From Corynebacterium amycolatum (GTDB lineage: Bacteria > Actinomycetota > Actinomycetes > Mycobacteriales > Mycobacteriaceae): a stretch of DNA of 32,000 nucleotides. The notes under the pieces are model-generated. The model made no database searches, was not told where the DNA came from, and saw only the letters and a list, made by a program, of their open reading frames with translations. The position numbers and the translations under genes were made by a program. Positions 9,372 to 15,858 of the stretch are shown here, piece by piece. The stretch is taken from the NCBI RefSeq assembly GCF_049243625.1, contig NZ_CP046975.1, one strand, 5' to 3'. Position 1 is the first letter of the stretch; every line of letters begins with the position of its first letter.

Positions 9372-10725
9372 AGAGTGCGAGCTGGGCTGAGCGAAGCAGG
9401 TTCGTGTAAGAGCCCGCTTCCTTGCCCACCTTCTGCGGGTCGCGGTTCAGCATATTCATGGAGGTTTCGCGGTAGTCCTTGACCAGCGCCCCCATGTGGT
9501 TGTTGAAGAACTCGTGCCAGTCGGTTCCCCAGTAGACCGTGCCGTCCTCGTTTCGCTTGAGCAGTGCGGCAAATGCGTACACGAGCGGGTAGATGAACCC
9601 GTCCGGAATCGCGTAGCCGATGGGCTGGCGGTAGAACTTCGAGTACTTCTGTGAAGTCTTGCCAGTCCGCGGATTCTTCTTGTTGGCCTTGTCAACAGCA
9701 TCAATGCCGCCGAATTTGCCCCCGCTCTTGTTGTAGAGATCGGGTAGCTCCGCGTTGATGCGCTCGAAAATATCGATGAAGTCACGCGTGAGGTTCAAGG
9801 CACTGCGGACCTTCTCATTGTAGAGAACGACCTCTTCGGTGCGCTCATTGATGCTTTCAGTGCTGGGTTTAGTGACCTCCGGGGAACTCATGACATCCTC
9901 GAAGCGGTCAAGCAGCTTGGCCTTGCCGGAGTAGAGGCTGGTAGGGGTCGGTGCTTCAATCTGCTTGCCGTCGGCATCCTTCGGCAGGTCAATACAGGAC
10001 AGTGGAATCCACGCCATAGCGATGACATCGCCCACCTTTAGTCGACCAGTATCGTTGGTGCGCCACTGCACGTTGTCGCTAATTCCCTGCGGCAGAGCAT
10101 GTTTCAGATCGTCAAAGTAGCCGGCGCGATTGAGTTTTGCTTCCGCCTTGAGCTCCGCATTGTTGTTGCGGGCGGCACAGATATCGAGCAGAGCATCGGA
10201 GAACTCTTGCACTGTGTCTTCGTCCCGAGCACCGGGCACGAGTACCTCTACCGGAGCTCGGGCATCGAGCTCGGTGAGGCTTTTGTCGGCAAGCAATTCC
10301 TCGATTTCTTCGGAGCGCTCCATCCAGACCTCCTTCATTTCGGACCACGTCTTGATTTTGCGGCTAGGCGGCGGAGTGAGCTTGCCCAGGACGAACAGCG
10401 CGATTGCCAGCGAGTTGTGGCCGCCGTCGAGGATGCCTTCGATGCGACGGTTGCTGAAGGTGAAGCGGTAGAGACTGTCTTCACTGGTGAACTGAGTGGA
10501 GGCCAGGAGCACACCCTTGGACTTGTAGGCGAAGAGCTCCGGCGTGGTGTCGATGGTTTCCATGATGGCATCGGTGATGCGGCCGGTGCGGGACACGCGT
10601 GGGTTGGCATCGAGGTTGAGGGCCGAGATGATTTTCGCGAACTGACGGATGTGGGGGAAGTCATGATGATTGCCTTTCAGGTCTGTTTTTGATGTGCGGC
10701 GGCTGTTTGCCAGCCGCATCACCAC
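9355..10725 (-). CDS. Uncharacterised protein, divergent AIPR-like (abortive-infection phage resistance family) candidate
   Basis: Block [36 protein letters not shown]...[14 protein letters not shown] follows my recollection of the AIPR pattern N-x-R...F...NNGIT...IVNGxQT, but with DGGHN in place of NGxQT. Start is ambiguous: GTG 10725 lies 6 nt after AGGAGA (10732-10737), ATG 10719 lies 12 nt after it, and the maximal ORF starts at GTG 10806 with no SD. The 3' end overlaps gltX by 17 nt. Confidence 0.45.
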   Translation of the reverse strand: MVMRLANSRRTSKTDLKGNHHDFPHIRQFAKIISALNLDANPRVSRTGRITDAIMETIDTTPELFAYKSKGVLLASTQFTSEDSLYRFTFSNRRIEGILDGGHNSLAIALFVLGKLTPPPSRKIKTWSEMKEVWMERSEEIEELLADKSLTELDARAPVEVLVPGARDEDTVQEFSDALLDICAARNNNAELKAEAKLNRAGYFDDLKHALPQGISDNVQWRTNDTGRLKVGDVIAMAWIPLSCIDLPKDADGKQIEAPTPTSLYSGKAKLLDRFEDVMSSPEVTKPSTESINERTEEVVLYNEKVRSALNLTRDFIDIFERINAELPDLYNKSGGKFGGIDAVDKANKKNPRTGKTSQKYSKFYRQPIGYAIPDGFIYPLVYAFAALLKRNEDGTVYWGTDWHEFFNNHMGALVKDYRETSMNMLNRDPQKVGKEAGSYTNLLRSAQLALFTEQQ

Positions 10726-10869
10726 GAAGTGTCTCCTGAAGGGCGGATCGGCTTTGCGCTGCGATCGAATGGGCTTTCGATCTGGGATTGTGTTAGCTAT
10801 ATGCACTGCATTGGTTATGCATTAGTTATGCGCACTGCTGAGGTGGGCTGTGGGGAGCTCGCGAATTTA

Positions 10870-10897
10870 AACGAACCTTTGACAACGAACCTTTGAC
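10870..10897. repeat. Perfect tandem duplication 2 x 14 nt (AACGAACCTTTGAC)
   Basis: Copies at 10870-10883 and 10884-10897. They create two TTGAC -35-like hexamers (TTGACA 10879-10884, TTGACC 10893-10898) upstream of the tRNA array. Confidence 0.95.
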
Positions 10898-10935
10898 CAG
10901 GTGATTTGCTCTTGTTTACGCTAATTGGCTATATT
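10893..10935 (+). promoter_or_regulatory. Candidate promoter(s) of the tRNA Gln-Glu-Gln-Glu operon
   Basis: Two possible pairings. TTGACC (10893-10898) + 18 nt + TACGCT (10917-10922), or TTGCTC (10906-10911) + 18 nt + TATATT (10930-10935). The first tRNA starts at 10960. Confidence 0.4.
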
Positions 10936-10959
10936 ATTCCTCGTTGCGTTCAGCAGCGA

Positions 10960-11031
10960 TGGCCTATGGTGTAATTGGCAACACAACGGTTTCTGGTACC
11001 GTCATTCTAGGTTCGAGTCCTGGTAGGCCAG
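10960..11031 (+). tRNA. tRNA-Gln (anticodon CTG)
   Basis: Hand-folded cloverleaf. Acceptor TGGCCTA/TAGGCCA, D stem GTGT/ACAC, anticodon arm ACGGT-TTCTGGT-ACCGT, T arm CTAGG-TTCGAGT-CCTGG. 72 nt, CCA not encoded. Confidence 0.9.
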
Positions 11032-11080
11032 CAGTGAAGAAGTTCATTGTTGAATGTATTCACTAACTGCAAAGTTCTAA

Positions 11081-11153
11081 GCCCCGTTCGTCTAGCGGCC
11101 TAGGACGCCGCCCTCTCACGGCGGTAACACGGGTTCAAATCCCGTACGGGGTA
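11081..11153 (+). tRNA. tRNA-Glu (anticodon CTC)
   Basis: Acceptor GCCCCGT/ACGGGGT (G1-U72), anticodon arm CCGCC-CTCTCAC-GGCGG, T arm ACGGG-TTCAAAT-CCCGT. 73 nt, CCA not encoded. Confidence 0.9.
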
Positions 11154-11183
11154 CAAAGACAGTGTGAAAGCGCCAGTCTTTAT

Positions 11184-11255
11184 TGGCCTATGGTGTAATT
11201 GGCAACACTACGGTTTCTGGTACCGTCATTCTAGGTTCGAGTCCTGGTAGGCCAG
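11184..11255 (+). tRNA. tRNA-Gln (anticodon CTG), second copy
   Basis: Identical to 10960-11031 except at position 26 (T instead of A). Confidence 0.9.
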
Positions 11256-11306
11256 CGGAATTCGCTTGGTTAGTCTCTTGATTAGTTGAGTCGAATTCAG
11301 TTCTAA

Positions 11307-11379
11307 GCCCCGTTCGTCTAGCGGCCTAGGACGCCGCCCTCTCACGGCGGTAACACGGGTTCAAATCCCGTACGGGGTA
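11307..11379 (+). tRNA. tRNA-Glu (anticodon CTC), second copy
   Basis: Identical in sequence to 11081-11153. Confidence 0.9.
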
Positions 11380-11386
11380 CAAAGAT

Positions 11387-11423
11387 ACTCCCCAGTCAGT
11401 CGGCTGGGGAGTTTTTGTTTTTT
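11387..11423 (+). terminator. Rho-independent terminator of the tRNA operon
   Basis: Stem ACTCCCCAG (11387-11395) pairs with CTGGGGAGT (11404-11412), 8-nt loop, then TTTTTGTTTTTT. Confidence 0.85.
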
Positions 11424-11433
11424 AAGAATCGAA

Positions 11434-11463
11434 GCGACTATGACCAGGGGCGACTATGACCAG
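11434..11463. repeat. Direct repeat 2 x 14 nt (GCGACTATGACCAG) separated by GG; duplicates the tcdA start region
   Basis: Copies at 11434-11447 and 11450-11463. The second copy contains the tcdA ATG (11456). The first contains an out-of-frame ATG (11440). Confidence 0.95.
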
Positions 11464-12235
11464 TGAACGTTTCGCACGATTGAAGCTACTCCTAGGGGAG
11501 GAGGGGCTGGAAACGTTGGCTGAATCTACCGTCATGGTTGTCGGACTCGGAGGCGTGGGATCCAGTTGTGCCGAAGCTCTCGCGAGAGGTGGCGTGGGCA
11601 ACCTCATCTTGATCGACGGCGACGTCGTGGAGCCAAGTAATCTCAACCGTCAGGCGCTGGCGTTTGTCTCTACTATTGGCCGCGTTAAAGCCGAGGTCAT
11701 GGAGGCAATGGTTGCCGATATCAACCCGGACTGTACGACCTACGCCCGCCAGATCTTCCTTACCCGTGAGAACCTGTCAGAGACCTTCGAGCAGTTCCCG
11801 TGTCCGGATTACATCATCGACGCTATCGACGATGTCACCGGGAAAATTGAGATCGCGCAGTGGTGCGCGGAAAATCGTATCCACCTCATTTCCGCTATGG
11901 GCGGCGGAAATAAGCTCGACCCATCTCGGCTGACCTTCTCAAAAATCAATAAGACAAAGGTCTGTCCGCTGGCGAAGGTCGTCCGTCAGGTGTGTATCCG
12001 CCGACGCATTCGCGGTCTTGAAGTGCTGTACTCCTCCGAAGAACCAGTGAGAATTGCGGACAAAGGCAGCGGCACCAAAGCGGAAACCCTCGGTACCATG
12101 AGCTACATACCGCCAATCATGGGGCAGATGCTGGCCGGAAAGGTCATTCGCCGTCTGCTCGGTTTCGAGGAAACCCCGCTGGCCCCGCGAATCGGTGGTC
12201 CGGCCGACGAAAACCAGCCACCAACAGAAAAATAA
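11456..12235 (+). CDS. tcdA: tRNA threonylcarbamoyladenosine dehydratase (ThiF/MoeB-fold, TcdA/YgdL family)
   Basis: RFARLKLLLGEEGLETLAESTVMVVGLGGVGSSCAEALARGGVGNLILIDGDVVEPSNLNRQ closely parallels my recollection of the E. coli TcdA N-terminus (RFGGIARLYG...VVGIGGVGSWAAEALARTGIG..LID.D.V..TN.NRQ). Confidence 0.8.
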   Translation: MTSERFARLKLLLGEEGLETLAESTVMVVGLGGVGSSCAEALARGGVGNLILIDGDVVEPSNLNRQALAFVSTIGRVKAEVMEAMVADINPDCTTYARQIFLTRENLSETFEQFPCPDYIIDAIDDVTGKIEIAQWCAENRIHLISAMGGGNKLDPSRLTFSKINKTKVCPLAKVVRQVCIRRRIRGLEVLYSSEEPVRIADKGSGTKAETLGTMSYIPPIMGQMLAGKVIRRLLGFEETPLAPRIGGPADENQPPTEK

Positions 12236-13017
12236 TGCGGCTCATCGATACCCACTTTCACTACGATTTCCTGCCACCGGCGTCGCGCGAGCGCTTCAAA
12301 GCCGGTATCGCGCGGGAAGGAGTGGAGATCATCGCGCAGACGGTTCGGCCCTCCGGATTTATCGAGCTAGAGCGCGAAAACCTACCCATGGTCGCCGTGG
12401 GCTATCACCCGTGGTACATCGATGATAATTATGAGCGTGAGCTCGAGATCTTTCGCGAGGCTCTTCCACGCACCCGTTTCGTCGGCGAGATTGGTTTGGA
12501 CTTCGCGCCCCGCAGGCTTGACGACGTTTCCGCCGAGACTCAAATCCATGTCCTCACCAGCATCCTGGATGCTGTCCGAGCCTCGAGTCTGTTCCATATC
12601 CTTTCCATTCACACGGTTCGCAGCGCTGATATGGTCCTCGACCTGCTGGAACCGCGCTTGGACACCAGCTCCAGCGTCGCACCAGGCGAGACCTTCGTGC
12701 CCATCTTTCACCGCTTCGGTGGCACTAGCGATGAACTGACGCGGCTGATCCGCGCCGGTGGTTATATCTCCGTCAACCCGCTCATGTTGCGGACAAAGCG
12801 CGGACGGGCCTATGTGTCGCAGGTGCCCGTCGATAGGCTCTTGCTGGAGACAGATCTTCCGCGCGAACCTAGAAGCGGTGATGGGGCGGAGATGGTCGCT
12901 GCAGAGGTAATCGCTGCATTGCGGGAAACTGTCGCCGAGGTTGCGGCGCTGCGAAATATGGATGAAGCGGAGCTTACAGACGCTCTGGCAAACAATGCGA
13001 AAACGATAGGTATTTAA
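12235..13017 (+). CDS. TatD-family metal-dependent hydrolase/nuclease
   Basis: MRLIDTHFHYDF (HxH metal motif), GEIGLDF, SIHTV, ETDLP. The start ATG overlaps the tcdA TAA by 1 nt (TAATG at 12233-12237). Confidence 0.8.
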   Translation: MRLIDTHFHYDFLPPASRERFKAGIAREGVEIIAQTVRPSGFIELERENLPMVAVGYHPWYIDDNYERELEIFREALPRTRFVGEIGLDFAPRRLDDVSAETQIHVLTSILDAVRASSLFHILSIHTVRSADMVLDLLEPRLDTSSSVAPGETFVPIFHRFGGTSDELTRLIRAGGYISVNPLMLRTKRGRAYVSQVPVDRLLLETDLPREPRSGDGAEMVAAEVIAALRETVAEVAALRNMDEAELTDALANNAKTIGI

Positions 13018-13101
13018 GGCGCTAACCTGCGGATTTGTAGTTACTATTCGTGTCTAGTGTATTGTTTAACAAGTCCGCAGCGCGTGGATGAAAAGTTCTA
13101 A

Positions 13102-13174
13102 GCCCCGTTCGTCTAGCGGCCTAGGACGCCGCCCTCTCACGGCGGTAACACGGGTTCAAATCCCGTACGGGGTA
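13102..13174 (+). tRNA. tRNA-Glu (anticodon CTC), third copy
   Basis: Identical in sequence to 11081-11153 and 11307-11379. Shares the flanks AGTTCTAA (5') and CAAAGATA (3') with copy 2. Confidence 0.9.
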
Positions 13175-13194
13175 CAAAGATATACAAAGCACAA

Positions 13195-13230
13195 GCCTTC
13201 GCCCGTGATTGGGTGGAGGCTTTTTGCTTT
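13195..13230 (+). terminator. Rho-independent terminator after the third tRNA-Glu
   Basis: 10-bp stem GCCTTCGCCC (13195-13204) pairs with GGGTGGAGGC (13211-13220) with two G-U pairs, loop GTGATT, then TTTTTGCTTT. Confidence 0.75.
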
Positions 13231-13289
13231 TCGTGCTTGTGCCCCTACATTGCCTACCCCTCCACCGCGGCACTGGATTTCCACAGTCC

Positions 13290-13295
13290 TAGTAT
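13290..13295 (+). promoter_or_regulatory. -10 box TAGTAT placed 7 nt before ATG 13303 (predicted leaderless)
   Basis: TAGTAT at 13290-13295, spacer cgaacct, then ATG 13303. Confidence 0.35.
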
Positions 13296-13302
13296 CGAAC
13301 CT

Positions 13303-14259
13303 ATGAAACATTCAAAACTCGTTTGTATTGGTCTCGGTCATGTCGGTTCGTATGTCCTGACATATGCCATGGAATCCGGGCTGTTCGCTGAGATTGCCAC
13401 AATTGACACAGCAGCAGGTGTCGCGCATGGCGAGGCTCTGGACCAATCCCAGTCCACTGGTGTTCCCGGCACGGACTATGTCAATGTGCATGCTGGCGAC
13501 TACAGCGATTGCGCCGACGCGGATATGATTATCGTCGCTGCTGGTGCGTCCATTCTCCCGGACCCGGACGACCCGGATTCCCGTCCGGACCGTGCTGGAT
13601 TGGCCAAGCTCAGCGGGGAAGTTGTTCGCGATGTCATGCCGGGAATCGTGAAGCATACGCTCGATGCGATTGTCCTCTTTATTACTAATCCGCTCGATGC
13701 GGTGGTGCACTTGGCACATACCGAGTTCGATTATCCCGCGGAAAAACTCTTTGGCACCGGCACGATGCTAGATTCGGCCCGACTGCGGTGGGTAGTTGCC
13801 AAGCAGCTGGGAATTGACCCAAAGTCAGTGACTGGCTACATGATGGGTGAGCATGGTCTTACTGCCGTACCGATTCTGTCCACGCTGAACGTGCAAGGTG
13901 TGAGGTGGACAGAACTGGAAAAATGGCATGGCACGCCGCTGCCTTCACCGCAAGAAATTCAAGATGCCGTAGTCGGGGCAGCTTACGATGTTCTCAATGC
14001 CAAGGGCTGGACTAATGCCGGTGTTGCACGCTCCGCTTTGGAAATTGCCCGCGCGGTGATGCTGGATCAAAACAGCGTCCACCCGGTGTGTACACGCTTG
14101 GATGGTGAATACGGGTTGCCGGATGTCTCGCTGTCGATGCCAGCAGTGATTGGCCGAGGTGGAATTATTCGCCGTATGTCGCCACAGCTAAACAGCTGGG
14201 AGCTGGAGCGACTGCGTGAATCTGCTCAGTACATCTTGAGCACCGTCGAGAACATGTAG
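13303..14259 (+). CDS. L-lactate/L-2-hydroxyacid dehydrogenase family protein with atypical substrate loop
   Basis: Start at ATG 13303 (MKHSKLVCIGLGHVGS). The 13213 extension runs through the terminator. Family motifs TNPLD, LDSARLR and MGEHG are present. The canonical AGANQKPGETR loop is replaced by AGASILPDPDDPDSRPDR. Confidence 0.8.
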   Translation: MKHSKLVCIGLGHVGSYVLTYAMESGLFAEIATIDTAAGVAHGEALDQSQSTGVPGTDYVNVHAGDYSDCADADMIIVAAGASILPDPDDPDSRPDRAGLAKLSGEVVRDVMPGIVKHTLDAIVLFITNPLDAVVHLAHTEFDYPAEKLFGTGTMLDSARLRWVVAKQLGIDPKSVTGYMMGEHGLTAVPILSTLNVQGVRWTELEKWHGTPLPSPQEIQDAVVGAAYDVLNAKGWTNAGVARSALEIARAVMLDQNSVHPVCTRLDGEYGLPDVSLSMPAVIGRGGIIRRMSPQLNSWELERLRESAQYILSTVENM

Positions 14260-14317
14260 AAGAAATTATGTAGATTCCACTTTTGCCGAAATAACACGGG
14301 GAAGTACTTTGCGCTCC

Positions 14318-14323
14318 TAAAAT
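14318..14323 (+). promoter_or_regulatory. -10 box TAAAAT placed 6 nt before ATG 14330 (predicted leaderless)
   Basis: TAAAAT at 14318-14323, spacer attggc, then ATG 14330. Confidence 0.35.
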
Positions 14324-14329
14324 ATTGGC

Positions 14330-15526
14330 ATGAATTCGGCCAAGTCCACCTATGTTCCGGAGTTAACCAGTATCCGTGCAATCGGCGCATTCGGCGTCCT
14401 GCTCACGCATGCCGCGTTCTGGACTGGACATTACACGGACGATTGGTGGGGGCGCCTCAGCGGTCGATTCGAAATTGGTGTCACCATCTTCTTTGTGCTC
14501 AGCGCGTTTCTGCTTACAGGACGTTGGCTCGGTTGGCCTGACGACGTCCCCGCGAAACCGCCTAGCCTGAGGAAATACTTCATCAGTCGTGCCAAGCGAG
14601 TCCTGCTGGCCTATTGGATTGTGGTCACTGCGGTATTCCTCATCCACGCCGCAGACGACCCGCCACCGGCCGGTGGCGGTCTGCAAGGCTGGCTGCGGTC
14701 GATGTCTTTTACTCAGACTCTCCAATTCGGCTGGATTCACCCGGGCTTGCCGCAGATGTGGTCGATGGTGGTGGAAGTCGGCTTCTACTTGGTATTGCCG
14801 CTGGTGGGGCTTGCCATCTGGACGGTTACAAAGGGGCGGCTGCGCCCCGGTCCGACGCTGGCCATCATTATTGGTTTTGGCCTCATTGGCCCGGTCTGGA
14901 CTGTGCTGTCGCACCAGGAAAACCTGCTGCCGGTGGTGGCACGGCTGTGGCCGATGGCGTATTTTGACTGGTTCGCTATCGGTATGCTGCTGGCCTATGG
15001 GCGAAAGGTTGGCTGGCGCGTTAATTTGGCTGCAAGTTGGCTGATAGCGCTAGCGCTGTTTTTCCTATCCACGACCACGCATGTGGGGCCAGCAACCTTG
15101 GTGCCGGATGATGTCGATCAGGCGTTGTGGAAGACCACATTGTACGGCCTATCCGCTGGTGCATTCGTGGCCCCGATTGCACTGGGTACGGAGGTAAGGT
15201 GGCTTCGTCATCCAGCCTTGATGTGGTTGGGAGAGGTCTCATACGAGTTCTTCCTCGTCCACGTGCTGGTCATGGACTGGGTGATGACGTTGATGGGCTA
15301 TCAGACCTTCCAAGGCTCGATGTTGGCAGTGGCAATCGTCACCGCTGCCTTTGCCCTGCCACTGTCGTGGCTGCTGCGCCGCATCACTGATGTGCTTACG
15401 CGGAGGCCAGGGCCTGCGAGCCCGTGGGCTACCTACCGATCGTCGTCGTCAAGCGGTCCGAGCTCAGCGACGAGCACTTCCTGCGCGACCTTCATCGCGG
15501 ACAGAGCGGCCGGTGCGCCGCAGTAG
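14330..15526 (+). CDS. Membrane acyltransferase (acyltransferase_3 family)
   Basis: 398 aa and polytopic. N-terminus ELTSIRAIGAFGVLLTHA is typical of the family (conserved His). The last ~30 codons are a low-complexity tail antisense to the next gene. Confidence 0.75.
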   Translation: MNSAKSTYVPELTSIRAIGAFGVLLTHAAFWTGHYTDDWWGRLSGRFEIGVTIFFVLSAFLLTGRWLGWPDDVPAKPPSLRKYFISRAKRVLLAYWIVVTAVFLIHAADDPPPAGGGLQGWLRSMSFTQTLQFGWIHPGLPQMWSMVVEVGFYLVLPLVGLAIWTVTKGRLRPGPTLAIIIGFGLIGPVWTVLSHQENLLPVVARLWPMAYFDWFAIGMLLAYGRKVGWRVNLAASWLIALALFFLSTTTHVGPATLVPDDVDQALWKTTLYGLSAGAFVAPIALGTEVRWLRHPALMWLGEVSYEFFLVHVLVMDWVMTLMGYQTFQGSMLAVAIVTAAFALPLSWLLRRITDVLTRRPGPASPWATYRSSSSSGPSSATSTSCATFIADRAAGAPQ

Positions 15527-15858
15527 CCGGAAGCGTGGACGATGGCTTCGGTGATCTCGGTGCGGGTCAGGCCGTTGGCGAGGGCACCCTTGATGTGGCC
15601 GCGCAGCTCTTCGGTGGCGCGCAGAGCGACGAGCATTCCAATGTTGAGCAGGGAGCGATCACGCTTGGCCAGGCCTTCACGGCTCCAGACGGAGCCCCAG
15701 ACGGTGGCCGTGATGTGCTTCTGCAGGGTCTCTCCGTCGGAACCAGCGTTGCGGGCGAGGGCGGCATCGACGAATTCGTCGCCCATTACCTCGCGGCGAA
15801 TTTGGATGCCGGCATCATAGCGGTCGGAGGAAAAGAGTTCATCATTGGGATTGCTCAT
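15433..15858 (-). CDS. Carboxymuconolactone decarboxylase family (AhpD-like/PcaC-like) protein
   Basis: Start at ATG 15858 (MSNPNDELF...). Family motifs VWSREGLAKRDRSLLNIGMLVAL and TEAIVHASGYCGAPAAL are typical of gamma-CMD/AhpD-fold proteins. Confidence 0.75.
   Translation of the reverse strand: MSNPNDELFSSDRYDAGIQIRREVMGDEFVDAALARNAGSDGETLQKHITATVWGSVWSREGLAKRDRSLLNIGMLVALRATEELRGHIKGALANGLTRTEITEAIVHASGYCGAPAALSAMKVAQEVLVAELGPLDDDDR

Noticed and set aside
10960-13182. Repeated about 72-nt units with spacers, considered as a CRISPR-like array or as attL/attR of an integrated element at a tRNA gene.
   Set aside because: The repeats fold as complete tRNA cloverleaves. The third Glu copy is a full-length tRNA, not a 3' fragment. 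The enclosed genes (tcdA, tatD) are housekeeping-type, and no integrase, excisionase or phage gene is present.
13213-13302. N-terminal extensions offered by the ORF track: 13213 for ldh-like, 20145 for the SBP, 16927 for LysR, 15990 for the CMD protein, 6966 for Hyi-like, 17619 for the first ATPase, 7857 for gltX.
   Set aside because: The extensions run through a terminator or tRNA flank, or overlap the neighbouring gene. They precede a clear signal peptide or HTH N-terminus, and they translate to cysteine- or arginine-rich nonsense. Internal starts with an SD or a leaderless -10 fit the family N-termini.
15433-15526. A 94-nt convergent overlap between the acyltransferase_3 gene and the CMD-family gene, considered as a sign of a frameshift or pseudogene.
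   Set aside because: The acyltransferase keeps all its hydrophobic segments before the overlap. The overlapping tail (SSSSSGPSSATSTS...) is just the stop-free antisense frame of a GC-rich gene. I saw no internal frame break, although the functional C-terminus may be irrelevant.
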